A stretch of DNA of 63,355 bases from a virus. Taxonomy: Duplodnaviria > Caudoviricetes. The stretch covers positions 1-63,355 of the IMG/VR virus record IMGVR_UViG_3300050015_000312; one strand, given 5' to 3'. Below the pieces are notes generated by a model. The model did not search any database and was not told the origin of the DNA. It worked only from the letters and a program-made list of their open reading frames with translations. The position numbers and the translations under genes were made by a program. Below are positions 17,307 to 27,020 of the stretch, piece by piece. The stretch's first letter is position 1, and every line of letters starts with the position of its first letter.

Positions 17307-18256
17307 GACCGCTCTGTATTGATCTCTATGCGGGATTGGGCGGGTGGTCCGAGGGCTTTCTTGCCGAGGGCTACGATTGCATCGGCTTTGACATAGAGCG
17401 GCACGACTACGGCACGGGCGGGTATCCCGGCCAGCTCGTACTCCAGGACGTTCTCACGCTCCACGGATCGCAGTTCCGCAGCGCGGCGTGCATTGTCGCA
17501 TCGCCACCGTGCCAAGCGTACAGCTACATGGCGATGCCGTGGAAACGGGCGAAGGCGATGGCAGCGGAGATCCGGGCCGACGAAACCGGGCTGAAACACG
17601 CGGAATTGAACGCACTATTCAACGCCTGCTTCCGCATCCAGCACGAGGCGAGCGAAGCGGCTGGGCATCATATCCCACTCATGGCAGAGAACGTCAAGGG
17701 AGCGCAGCCGTGGGTGGGCCAGGCCAAGTGGCACTACGGGAGCTTCTACCTCTGGGGTGATGTGCCCGCGCTGATGCCGAGCACGCTACATCACAAAGTT
17801 CCGGGATTTAATTTTTACCAGCACGAAAACGGCATAGCGGGTGGCTCGTTCCAATCGGCGGCGGTGAAGAACAGCGGCGGCTCTTGGCTCGCCATCGGCT
17901 CTCCGGGGCAGAAGGAAGTGGGCAGGAACCCGGTCCATGGAGGCGTCAAACAGCACGGCAGCGGAAGCGGTGTAAAGGTGCCAGGCAATCGGCTTTCCGA
18001 GAACGGATTCACAATTCCGATTGCCCGCATGATCGACAAAAGTCTGAAGCCGGATGCGTTCACGTTGAGCGCCGATGACCAAAGGCAGCACCTGTCGTTC
18101 AGCCGCAAGGCCGCATCCGCTCAGATTGCCAAGATTCCCCTCGACCTGGCGCGGTGGATCGCACGGTGCTACAAGCCCGCGGCCGAGATGGCTTTGGTGG
18201 CGGCGGATGCGGCGGCAATGGCGCCGCATCCTCAGGCCCCGGAGGCCCGGCCATGA
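17303..18256 (+). CDS. DNA cytosine-5 methyltransferase-like protein
   Basis: IDLYAGLGG (motif I), ASPPCQ (motif IV), ENVKG (motif VI). Confidence 0.8.
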   Translation: MRPLCIDLYAGLGGWSEGFLAEGYDCIGFDIERHDYGTGGYPGQLVLQDVLTLHGSQFRSAACIVASPPCQAYSYMAMPWKRAKAMAAEIRADETGLKHAELNALFNACFRIQHEASEAAGHHIPLMAENVKGAQPWVGQAKWHYGSFYLWGDVPALMPSTLHHKVPGFNFYQHENGIAGGSFQSAAVKNSGGSWLAIGSPGQKEVGRNPVHGGVKQHGSGSGVKVPGNRLSENGFTIPIARMIDKSLKPDAFTLSADDQRQHLSFSRKAASAQIAKIPLDLARWIARCYKPAAEMALVAADAAAMAPHPQAPEARP

Positions 18257-19716
18257 TCCTACGCGACTATCAGGAGCAAGCCACCCACCACCTTCGAGAC
18301 GCCTATCGAGAGGGCGCACGCGCGGTGATCCTCTACAGCCCGACGGGCAGCGGCAAAACTGTCATGGCCTGCGACGTCGTCTCGCGGGCCGTCGCCAAGG
18401 GCTCACGTGTGCTGTTTATCGGCGATTCCAGCGAGATCATCGAGCAGACGAGCGCGGCGCTGGACCAGTGGTCCGTCCCCCACGGCATCATTCAAGGCGG
18501 CCGGGCCAACCGGAAGCCCTGGGAAAACGTTCACGTCGCCACGATTCAGACCCTACGCAACCGCGAACTGCCGCCCGAGGACCTGGTGATCGTCGACGAA
18601 TGTCACCTTGCCAGAGCGATCACCTGGCAGCGCGTCATCGAACACTACCGCGCCGCCGGCGCGCGCCTGCTGGGGCTCTCGGCAACGCCCGTCCGCCTCG
18701 ACCAAAAAGGCCTTGGAAAGCTATTCGACCGGCTTGTATATTGCCCGTCGATTATCGACCTCACTGATCAGGGCTGGCTCGTGCCAGTGCGAATCTTCGC
18801 GCCGCCCGGTCCGGACCTCCGCGGCGTGCACAACCAGGCCGGAGATTTCAACAAGGGCGAACTCTCCGCGGCGTGCGACAAACGCAAACTGGTAGGCGAT
18901 GTCATCGCCCACTGGCTCAAGCACGCTCCCGGGCGACTGACGGCGGTATCGGCAGTCAGCATCGTCCACAGTCAGCACCTTCGCGACGAATTCCGCGCCG
19001 CCGGCATCCCGGCCGAGCACGTCGACGGCACAACCCCACGCGAAGAACGAAAGCGGATCCTAAAGGGGCTGGAGGCCGGCGCGTTCACCGTCCTCTGCCA
19101 GGTCGACATCTGTTCGAAGGGCTGGGACTGCAAGCCCATCTCGTGCCTCGTCGACGCGCGCCCTACGATGTCGCTGGCGCGTTGGCTACAGTTTGTCGGC
19201 CGCGGGCTGCGGATTTCTCCCGAGACGGGAAAAGCAGACTGCATCTTGCTCGACCACGCCGGCAACGTCCGAAAGTTCGGCATGCCTGACGAAGAGCGTG
19301 AGTGGTCGCTTGACGGCGCCGAGGGTGTGCGCGTGAAGCCGCGCGACACCGTCGAGTCTGTCCGCATGTGTAAGCAGTGTTGGATGGCGTTCCGCAGCTC
19401 CGAGCAGACGTGCCCGAATTGCGGATGGCGCTACACCGGCCGCCTGAACGACATCGAGCACGAAGCCGGAGAGCTGCAAGAGATCCAGCGGCAGCGGAAG
19501 CAGATGGCGATCCAGGTCTGGCGCGAGCGGCACCCCGACGATGCCCGACGCCGCAAGTTCGACGAGTTTATACGTATCGGCGTCGAGCGCGGCTACAAGC
19601 CTGGTTTTGCGATCCAGCGGTACCGCGCGATCTTCTTGGAGGATCCGCCTCGGGAATGGATGCAGACGGCCTTTGTGGCGGCACGGGCGGGCGAGGGCGC
19701 GGCGGTGAACTCGTGA
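18253..19716 (+). CDS. SF2 DEAD/DEAH-box helicase
   Basis: LRDYQ, SPTGSGKT, IVDECH, LSATP, QFVGRGLR; C-terminal CxxC pair. Confidence 0.92.
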   Translation: MILRDYQEQATHHLRDAYREGARAVILYSPTGSGKTVMACDVVSRAVAKGSRVLFIGDSSEIIEQTSAALDQWSVPHGIIQGGRANRKPWENVHVATIQTLRNRELPPEDLVIVDECHLARAITWQRVIEHYRAAGARLLGLSATPVRLDQKGLGKLFDRLVYCPSIIDLTDQGWLVPVRIFAPPGPDLRGVHNQAGDFNKGELSAACDKRKLVGDVIAHWLKHAPGRLTAVSAVSIVHSQHLRDEFRAAGIPAEHVDGTTPREERKRILKGLEAGAFTVLCQVDICSKGWDCKPISCLVDARPTMSLARWLQFVGRGLRISPETGKADCILLDHAGNVRKFGMPDEEREWSLDGAEGVRVKPRDTVESVRMCKQCWMAFRSSEQTCPNCGWRYTGRLNDIEHEAGELQEIQRQRKQMAIQVWRERHPDDARRRKFDEFIRIGVERGYKPGFAIQRYRAIFLEDPPREWMQTAFVAARAGEGAAVNS

Positions 19717-19730
19717 GGCTGAGCGCCATC

Positions 19731-20783
19731 CTATCCCACCGCGTGAATCGTCGGCACGACAGCCAGCTCCTCCGCCACGTTGACCGGGATCGGCGGCAGC
19801 CAGTGCAGGATCAACTTGCGCTCGGTCTCGGCGGCCACGCCGGGCTTGGCTTTGGGCCCGGTCCAAAAACTGTGCCAGTGCGCGGTACGGATATGCGGTC
19901 GCGGGCTTGCGTGTGTGCTCCCCGGGCCGCGCTCGCGGTGTGCGGCGGACTCCTCGGCAGCGCGGATCGCGGCACCGATGCGCCAGCCTACATCCCAGGC
20001 CGCGGGATGATCCGGAGGGAACCACCGCGGGCCGTGCTTGGTGATCTTCGGTCGCGGATAGTGGGGCGCGGCCGAGTCTCCGTCATGCCGGAGGATATCG
20101 GCGTGTTGGGAGCACAAGTACAGGGTCAGCGAGATCATGGGCGCCAGCTCGGCAGCGAACTTGGCCGAGAAATCGACGTCTGGCAAAGCGGCACCACCCG
20201 ATGCCTCTCGCGCGGCGGTGAGCCAGGCGCGCAGGCCCTCTTCGACCGTGCCCACGATTGGCAGCGGAAGGGAGACGTCCAGCACCTCGCCGTAATCGAC
20301 GTGGAAGCGGAGCCAAGGTGTCTCCGCAACGCCGTCGGCGTAAGATCGCGCATCCCAGTCAATCGAGACGAAAAAGCCATAGCTCTCCCGCCCGCGAAAG
20401 ATCGCTCCCGGCGTCTCGATGTAGCAGCACCATTCCGGCAGCCGCAGCAACACCTCGCCTGGCAGATCGCCCGTGATGGGCGTATCCCAGAGCGCCTGAA
20501 GCATCGTCGGGTCGAAGCGATAGATACCCTGCGCAGTGCGCCACGCCGCGAGACCAGCCAGGGCTCCTGCGGTGGATCGATCGATGTCTCCATGCACCGC
20601 ACTTACCGCCGCCCACACGGCGCCCGAGGGGATAAAGCACCACGCGGGCCAGCTCGGCAATTCACGGCCGCGACAGTCGCGCGCTGCGTCGAGGATGCGC
20701 CAGCAGTCTGGGGTCTGGGCGGCCATGCGCGTCAGGTAGGCGCGAAGACGCTCGACGGTCTGCTCGGTGTCCGGCGTCAGCAC
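19731..20783 (-). CDS. acrVA2: AcrVA2/FinQ-family protein (putative anti-CRISPR)
   Basis: AWRTAQGIYRFD, LLRLPEWCCYI, LTLYLCS, WDVGWRIG, PRPHIRTAHWHSFWTG and HWLPPIPVN match AcrVA2 motifs recalled from memory. Confidence 0.75.
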   Translation of the reverse strand: MLTPDTEQTVERLRAYLTRMAAQTPDCWRILDAARDCRGRELPSWPAWCFIPSGAVWAAVSAVHGDIDRSTAGALAGLAAWRTAQGIYRFDPTMLQALWDTPITGDLPGEVLLRLPEWCCYIETPGAIFRGRESYGFFVSIDWDARSYADGVAETPWLRFHVDYGEVLDVSLPLPIVGTVEEGLRAWLTAAREASGGAALPDVDFSAKFAAELAPMISLTLYLCSQHADILRHDGDSAAPHYPRPKITKHGPRWFPPDHPAAWDVGWRIGAAIRAAEESAAHRERGPGSTHASPRPHIRTAHWHSFWTGPKAKPGVAAETERKLILHWLPPIPVNVAEELAVVPTIHAVG

Positions 20784-20999
20784 TTATGGCCTCGCTTGCC
20801 TGCCGTCGCCTTGGTGTATTTTCCGCAGGCGCAACGATCCGAAGACTTGGGCCTTCCACCGAGCCTTCCAACCTCGCGCGGATCGTCGCCGGTCTTGGTC
20901 CACCGACGCTTACCGAGATTCGATGCTGGGCTGTCCTTCACGTGTCCTCCTTCCGGAACTTGCCGGCGGCAGGGCCGATCCCGCCGCCGGCTGGAAATG

Positions 21000-22001
21000 C
21001 TACAGTTTCACCGTCCGCGTAAATTGGAACGGACCACACGGAATGGTGATCTCGGCGGTGTAGTACGGGGGCGCGGCGCTCTCGCCCTCACCGTCCCAGC
21101 CATCGTCCCGCAGACACTCGCGCACGCGGTCGAACGTCACCGCGTAGCCCTCCGGCAGTTTCGCCTTCAGCGCGCGCCAGGCGGGATAGACCGAACGCGG
21201 AAGGGCATCCACGTCGGCAGAGCCGCACGGGCAATCGCTGTCTTTACAGACGTGCGGTTCTGTCGCGGGTTCCGGCACTCCATGCTCCGCGAATGCCGCA
21301 TCGGCGATCAGTGCGAGGGCGGCCTTGCGGGACAGCAGTCCATCGGCGAACTGGTCCCGATCTTCGTCGGTCCCGTGCTCGGAGATCCAGGCCTCAATAA
21401 AATTGGACTTTGCCTGCTCTTTGGCGAGCTCAGCGACGTCTTTGGCCGCGCGGTCAGCGGCGTTTCGGCGCTCGATCTCCACCCTGAGCGCGTCATGTTT
21501 CTCCGGCCACCAATTCGCCGGACCCTGGATATCACCCTCTCCGAGCTGACGGACGAGCGCGCGGATTCGGTCGTACAATTCGCCGGAGCGAGCGGACGGG
21601 TCCGCCATGAATTTCCGATAGGCGGCCTCGGTGAGCTGGCGGTTGTGCTCACCGTTTTCGGCGAGTACGCGGGCCTCTTCTTCCGCCGCCTCCGCCAGTT
21701 TTGCGCGGCCGACGCGGACCTGCGCCAGGTCCGGAACGCCAGAAAAATAAATTCCGCTCCCGCCATTCCAGGTTTCGACTGTCCCGCTGGCGCGAAAGGC
21801 GCGGCCGATGCCATTAGATCCCGCCATAACACTCGTCAGGTCTACGGTGATAGAGCCGTCGCCCGCGACCGGGAACAACTCCAGATCTTCGGGCGCCACC
21901 TCGATGGTAATGACCTGTTTGCGCGCTACCGGCTGGCCCGTGGCCGCCATCTGCTCGCGTTGTGCCTGCTCGGTGAGCAGGTATGTGATCGTGGCTTGCA
22001 T
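21000..22001 (-). CDS. Hypothetical protein (moron cassette)
   Basis: AGGAG RBS before ATG 22001; acidic; small Cys cluster. Confidence 0.7.
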   Translation of the reverse strand: MQATITYLLTEQAQREQMAATGQPVARKQVITIEVAPEDLELFPVAGDGSITVDLTSVMAGSNGIGRAFRASGTVETWNGGSGIYFSGVPDLAQVRVGRAKLAEAAEEEARVLAENGEHNRQLTEAAYRKFMADPSARSGELYDRIRALVRQLGEGDIQGPANWWPEKHDALRVEIERRNAADRAAKDVAELAKEQAKSNFIEAWISEHGTDEDRDQFADGLLSRKAALALIADAAFAEHGVPEPATEPHVCKDSDCPCGSADVDALPRSVYPAWRALKAKLPEGYAVTFDRVRECLRDDGWDGEGESAAPPYYTAEITIPCGPFQFTRTVKL

Positions 22002-22121
22002 TTTCGTCTCCTGCCGGCTCATGGCCGGCTTGTACTGCGGGGTTGTGACCGCTCCGGCGATGCCGGACCCGCATTAGGCCGGGAGCGCTCCCGGCTCACT
22101 CTGCGATGGCGGTGCGGGGCA

Positions 22122-22535
22122 TCAGCGGGGCTCCCGGCGGACGAGGTACAGATAGTTTGCGTCGGATCTGCACGCCACTCGGATACCCATCTCCGCCAGC
22201 GCGTGGCGTACACTCGACTGCCATTCTCTGCGCCGATTCTGCCCTGGGTACTCGATGCGCAGCGCCTCGCTGTTACTGAGCTGCTGTACGGCAGCGATGA
22301 TATCGGCGTACTTTCCCTGCCTCCTAGCCCTTTCTTGCGGCACGGAAGTTGTCGGAACAACGCTCATGCGGTACGCGTGAGTCTGGACCGCCGCCGGAGC
22401 AGGTCTCGCCGCATGACATATCTGCCAGATGCGGGAACGAGAGACCCCTATGCGTTCGGCAATCTCCTTGGGAATCATCCCCTTTGCGTGCATCTCCAGT
22501 ACTGCGGGCTGGTCGATTTTGCTGATGCGCGCCAT
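22122..22535 (-). CDS. HTH protein (Aca-like candidate)
   Basis: GMIPKEIAERIGVSRSRIWQI HTH; GGAGG RBS. Confidence 0.7.
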   Translation of the reverse strand: MARISKIDQPAVLEMHAKGMIPKEIAERIGVSRSRIWQICHAARPAPAAVQTHAYRMSVVPTTSVPQERARRQGKYADIIAAVQQLSNSEALRIEYPGQNRRREWQSSVRHALAEMGIRVACRSDANYLYLVRREPR

Positions 22536-23063
22536 TTAGCGGGCCTCCGCTGGGTTTCTCAGGTCGTCCTCGGAGACCTCCCCAATGGCGAGCAAGTCCG
22601 CCACGGTTTTTTGCGGCCCGCTGCTCTCTGTGGTATACGCAGGCAGCGCGGATACCTCGTCGTCGCTCATCTCCCCGGCATTCCAACGGGCAGCCTGCTC
22701 CGCAGACATCTTGATGGTGATCCATCCATCCACGATGTATTTGTTCGCCTCCGCTCTCGATCTGATCTCCGCCTGCGTCAACCGCGCAATGAGCGTCTCC
22801 AGCGCGGCGCAGATCTTCGTGGCAGCCTCACGCTCGGTGACATCGTCCCACGCCGTCAGGTCGCCCAGGCGTTGCCGCAGACTCATCGAGCCTCCGCGCC
22901 ATTCTCGGAAGCTCCCCACGGTCTCGCAAGCCACCGGCCCGATGGCCTCGGTATATCCTTCCAGATACATCTCAGCCACGGCCGCGCGTGCGGCCGGTTC
23001 CGGCAGCAAGTGAGCATCCACCTGGTCCGCAATGATTTCGGCGTTCGTGTTGATGTAGATCAT
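22536..23063 (-). CDS. Acidic hypothetical protein (moron cassette)
   Basis: GGAGG RBS; abuts the next gene. Confidence 0.65.
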   Translation of the reverse strand: MIYINTNAEIIADQVDAHLLPEPAARAAVAEMYLEGYTEAIGPVACETVGSFREWRGGSMSLRQRLGDLTAWDDVTEREAATKICAALETLIARLTQAEIRSRAEANKYIVDGWITIKMSAEQAARWNAGEMSDDEVSALPAYTTESSGPQKTVADLLAIGEVSEDDLRNPAEAR

Positions 23064-23087
23064 TTCATCCTCCGTCTAGCCTCGCGT

Positions 23088-23294
23088 TCAGCGGGAAAAC
23101 CACTCAGCGTCAGATCCAACAAAAGCGCGGAGTTCGCTGCCATCCACGCAGGAACAACCCCTATCGAGGCGGATGTCGTACATGCCCGTCAGGATTCGGG
23201 CGTGGACATCCCTAACGACCGCGTGAAAGTTCTGTTCCGTGTAGAGTACCCGCTGCCCTTCCGCGAACTTTTCAACCGCTTTGTTGTTTTCCAT
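23088..23294 (-). CDS. Small hypothetical protein (moron cassette)
   Basis: GGAGG RBS. Confidence 0.6.
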   Translation of the reverse strand: MENNKAVEKFAEGQRVLYTEQNFHAVVRDVHARILTGMYDIRLDRGCSCVDGSELRAFVGSDAEWFSR

Positions 23295-23372
23295 GTCTCA
23301 CTCCTCCATCTGGCCGTCCGCCGATCCATGCGTCGGGCGGTCAGGTGGGCCGGGGCGAGCCCGGCTCAGATG

Positions 23373-23624
23373 CTACGCGGCGGCTGGCTGCCAGTTGGCG
23401 CCGACCTCGATCCGTATCGTCGAGTGGCAATACACCATGTTGCTCCAGCCGCTCTTGCTGTAGGCGCTGGGGTGGCTGATCCGCGTGCCGCCGCGGGTCT
23501 CGTAGTGCCAGGACTCGCCGGTGAGCTTCGGCGCGGCATTGGTCTCGGGGATGGCAACTATCGGGTAGGGGGTGCCGGATGCGCAAGCGGCCTTCCGGAT
23601 CTGGGTTTTCAACGTAGCGTTCAT
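23373..23624 (-). CDS. Small hypothetical protein, first gene of the moron
   Basis: GAGG RBS; directly downstream of the consensus promoter. Confidence 0.6.
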   Translation of the reverse strand: MNATLKTQIRKAACASGTPYPIVAIPETNAAPKLTGESWHYETRGGTRISHPSAYSKSGWSNMVYCHSTIRIEVGANWQPAAA

Positions 23625-23687
23625 GACGCCTCTTTTCTGCCGGCGATGCCGGCTCAATCTCGATCAAGCTGTGCTCAATCTAGAATC

Positions 23688-23716
23688 AGTATAAAAGCTG
23701 CGCTGGTTTTTGTCAA
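23688..23716 (-). promoter_or_regulatory. Near-consensus sigma70 promoter driving the moron
   Basis: TTGACA-17 bp-TATACT on the minus strand, in an AT-rich patch. Confidence 0.85.
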
Positions 23717-23761
23717 TAGATATATTTCGTGTGTTTTCAACAACATGAGAGAGGCTACGGT

Positions 23762-24148
23762 ATGACCCTCAGCGCCAACGATCTCACGAAGCTCCTGCTC
23801 CTGGAGATCCCGGTCCGCCTGGCCCCTGCCCGCGCCTGGAGGCGCAACGTCCTCGCGGCAAAGATCCCCGATGGCCACGGCGGCCCGGGGCGCTTCGTGC
23901 GCTCGACGCAGCTCCCCGGCGAGGCCGACATCACGGGCGTGCTCGACATCAACGGCGTCGGGGTCCGCTTGGAGGTCGAGGTGAAGGCGGGGAGCGACCG
24001 GATACGGCCCGCGCAGCAGGTCTTCGGCGACATGATCCGGAGCATGGGTGGGATCTACTGCGTCGCCCACGATGTCGAGCGCGCGATCGCGGAGATCACC
24101 GCTGCCCGCACGGAGCTGGCGCGCCGGATCCAGGCGACAAACTCATGA
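23762..24148 (+). CDS. VRR-NUC domain nuclease
   Basis: PGEADITG...LEVEVKAGSDRIRPAQQVF...GGIYCV. Confidence 0.85.
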   Translation: MTLSANDLTKLLLLEIPVRLAPARAWRRNVLAAKIPDGHGGPGRFVRSTQLPGEADITGVLDINGVGVRLEVEVKAGSDRIRPAQQVFGDMIRSMGGIYCVAHDVERAIAEITAARTELARRIQATNS

Positions 24149-24405
24149 GACAGACCCAGTCGGTCGCAAATCAGCCAGAGCTCATCAGTCCGCGGACATT
24201 CCGGACCAAAGCCGAGCGGCTCAACTTCATCCGCGTCGAGCTCGACCGGGTCCGCGAGGAGCGCCGGCTACGGAAGTCCGGACGCCGGCTGCGTCCGACG
24301 CGCCGCCCCCCCGGAGCAGTTGGGGTTGTTTTGCGAGGTCGCCGGCAGATGAATCTCGCGGTATTTAAACGCAAAGGGATTATTATGTTTCGGGGAGCCG
24401 CATGA
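24145..24405 (+). CDS. Basic hypothetical protein
   Basis: ATGA coupling at both ends. Confidence 0.45.
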   Translation: MRQTQSVANQPELISPRTFRTKAERLNFIRVELDRVREERRLRKSGRRLRPTRRPPGAVGVVLRGRRQMNLAVFKRKGIIMFRGAA

Positions 24406-25112
24406 TCGACACTGAACAGATCCGGGCCCGGGCGGACCTCGTCTCGATCGCGCGAAGCTACGGGCTCCATCTGCGCAAGATGGGCGCTCAGTTCGGCGCG
24501 CTGTGCCCCTTCCATAAAGAGAAGACCCCCAGTTTTTACATTCACCCGGGGAAGCAATTCTATAAGTGCTGGGGATGCGACGCCGAGGGCGACGTCTTTC
24601 GGTTTGTGCAGCAGATGGAAGGACTGCCCGGATTCCGCGAGACGGCCCAACGCGTCGCCGAGCTCGCCGGCATGCCGCTCACCGATGAGCCGTGGACTCC
24701 GGAGCAGAAGCAGGACTACGTCCGGCGCCGGGAGTACGCGCGCGTGATCGCCCCAGAGCTGGAGCAGTTCCGAATTGGAGTCTACCGGAGCCTGCGGCGG
24801 CGGCTCTCGGAGGCCCAAGCTGCTGAACGCCAGACGCGTCGATGGATGCTGCGTCATCTCGACGACGATAGCCCGCGCGTGGAAGACGCTTGGCTGGCCG
24901 TGGTGCTATTGAGTGAGGTGATCCGCATCACGCTGACAACCATGGAACAACTGCGCGACGTGGATCCCGACCGCATCGCCGCGATCTATCTGGAATTGAG
25001 AACCCCCGCGCTCGTGGCCGCGCTCTCGGTTCAGCGGGAAATTGACGAGAAATTCGCCGCGCTTAGCGTTGCTCTTCTTTCCGCTTCCTCAAAGGATAAT
25101 CTTCCCTCATGA
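24402..25112 (+). CDS. CHC2 zinc-finger (DnaG N-terminal-like) protein
   Basis: LCPFHKEKTPSF...YKCWGC...GDVFRFVQQMEG. Confidence 0.88.
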   Translation: MIDTEQIRARADLVSIARSYGLHLRKMGAQFGALCPFHKEKTPSFYIHPGKQFYKCWGCDAEGDVFRFVQQMEGLPGFRETAQRVAELAGMPLTDEPWTPEQKQDYVRRREYARVIAPELEQFRIGVYRSLRRRLSEAQAAERQTRRWMLRHLDDDSPRVEDAWLAVVLLSEVIRITLTTMEQLRDVDPDRIAAIYLELRTPALVAALSVQREIDEKFAALSVALLSASSKDNLPS

Positions 25113-26953
25113 ACTCGGATTCCAACTCGGAAAAATACCTCCGCACCGCGATGCGCGCCATACAAGGTGAGGCACCGCCCTCGTCCAAAGAGGAACTGGA
25201 ATTCGACGTCGATGCGGCGATTGCGGGGAATGATCTGTTCAAAATCTGGCAGATGATACCGAGACTGGCGGCGCTCGACGGGCTCACGCTGACCGTCATT
25301 AAGACGAAGCTGCATCAGAAGTTCAAGCGCGATTTCAGCCCACGCGAGTTCGAGCGGCACATCAAGGAGCACCAGAAGAAACAGAAGAAGGCCGGACGCG
25401 GGATGGTGCCTGGAATCACCGTCACGGATCGGCGGGTGCCCGACGTCTCGGAAGATACCTTGGCGGCGTTGCGTGTGGCGAATGAACCGCCCGAACTCTT
25501 TATGCGGTCCGGCGACATGGTCCACGTGGTACGCGACGAGCGCGAACGGCCCTCAATCGAGCGGGTTGACGAAGCCTATTTTCGCGGGTGCATGGCCCGC
25601 GCGGTGGATTATTTTAAGGTCACCCTGCAGGGCGGAGAGATACACATCCCACCACCGATTGAGGTGGTCCGGGATGTCATGTCGCGATCTGAAGACTGGG
25701 GCTTTCCGCCGCTGACATCACTGGTAGAGATTCCAACGCTCAGGCCGGACGGGACGATCCTCGACACGCCGGGCTACGACCCACAGAGTCACATGATCTA
25801 CGCGCCGGCGGCTGGGCTTGAGACTCTACCGGTGCCCGAGAGTCCCACGGTCGACGACGTCGACGGGGCGGTCGCGCTCCTCGATGACACTATTGGAGAA
25901 TTCCCGTATGCGGACCAGGCCAGCCGTGCGAACACCTTCGGTCTGCTGCTGACACCGATCGTCCGGCCGGCTCTCCAGGGCTGCTGCACACCGCTGGCAT
26001 TGATCGACGCGCCGCGCGCCGGCACGGGCAAGTCCTTACTGGTCGACGTGTTCTCGACGATCACCACCGGCCGCCCGGGCGCCATGATGCCATACCCCGA
26101 AAAAGAGGAGGAGATGCAAAAGCAGGTCTTCTCCAGCCTGATCGCCGGACGGCCGCTGATCTGCTTCGACAACCTGGAGGGGATCCTACAATCCCCCTGC
26201 CTCGCGCTGGCGATCACCGCGAAGGACTACGAGAGCCGCGTGCTGGGCGTCAGCGAGAATATGGTCGTGCCGAACAATGCCACCTGGGTGGTGACCGGTA
26301 ACAACATCCGCCCCAGTGGAGACATGCCGCGGCGCTGCTACCAGATCCGGCTCGACGCGAAGATGTCCAATCCGTTCCGGGGGCGGACTTTCAGGCACTC
26401 CGACCTACTCGCCTGGGTCTCGGAAAATCGCGCCCGGCTGCTTCACGCGCTACTGGTCATCGCGCGCTACTGGTTCGCCGCGGGCCAGCCGGTGAAGATC
26501 GCAGATCCCCTGGGCTCGTTCGAGGCCTGGCACCGCACCGTGGGCTCGATCCTCGCGTATGCCGGCGTGGAAGGGTTCCTTGGGAATCTGGATGAGTTTA
26601 TGGTGCAGGCGGACGAGACCGCCTTGCAGTGGGAAGGGTTTTTGCTCGCGCTGGCGGACCAATATCCGAAGGGCTCGGCATTCACCGTCTCTGAACTCGC
26701 GGAGCAGGCCGCAAAGTCGGACCGGCTCCGGCACTCACTTCCCGACACACTCAGTATGGCGCTCGAAAAGAAGTCTGGCGGGTTCCAGCGGTCGCTTGGG
26801 AACGCCTTTTCAAAGCGGCGCGAGATGCGATTCGGAGAGACCGGCGCGCACTTGGTTCGGGGTTCAATTAGCCGCACAAGAGCGGTATACTGGAAAGTGA
26901 TTATCCCCGGACTCTCAGAGGATCAAGATGACCTAATACTATCAATGAATTAG
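25109..26953 (+). CDS. Primase-associated P-loop helicase/ATPase
   Basis: DTPGYDP; Walker A RAGTGKS; ICFDNL; TGNN; DMPRRC. Confidence 0.8.
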   Translation: MNSDSNSEKYLRTAMRAIQGEAPPSSKEELEFDVDAAIAGNDLFKIWQMIPRLAALDGLTLTVIKTKLHQKFKRDFSPREFERHIKEHQKKQKKAGRGMVPGITVTDRRVPDVSEDTLAALRVANEPPELFMRSGDMVHVVRDERERPSIERVDEAYFRGCMARAVDYFKVTLQGGEIHIPPPIEVVRDVMSRSEDWGFPPLTSLVEIPTLRPDGTILDTPGYDPQSHMIYAPAAGLETLPVPESPTVDDVDGAVALLDDTIGEFPYADQASRANTFGLLLTPIVRPALQGCCTPLALIDAPRAGTGKSLLVDVFSTITTGRPGAMMPYPEKEEEMQKQVFSSLIAGRPLICFDNLEGILQSPCLALAITAKDYESRVLGVSENMVVPNNATWVVTGNNIRPSGDMPRRCYQIRLDAKMSNPFRGRTFRHSDLLAWVSENRARLLHALLVIARYWFAAGQPVKIADPLGSFEAWHRTVGSILAYAGVEGFLGNLDEFMVQADETALQWEGFLLALADQYPKGSAFTVSELAEQAAKSDRLRHSLPDTLSMALEKKSGGFQRSLGNAFSKRREMRFGETGAHLVRGSISRTRAVYWKVIIPGLSEDQDDLILSMN

Positions 26954-27020
26954 GACCAACTTACTCCATTCTTCGACGGGCGCATGGTAAGTGTGCCCGT
27001 TTTCGTGTTTTTGGGCCTAC

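Noticed and set aside
19377-23765. 1462-aa + strand ORF as a real protein
   Set aside because: Arg-rich and motif-free; it is the codon-aligned antisense shadow of six well-formed genes. Only the phase coincidence is kept as a finding.
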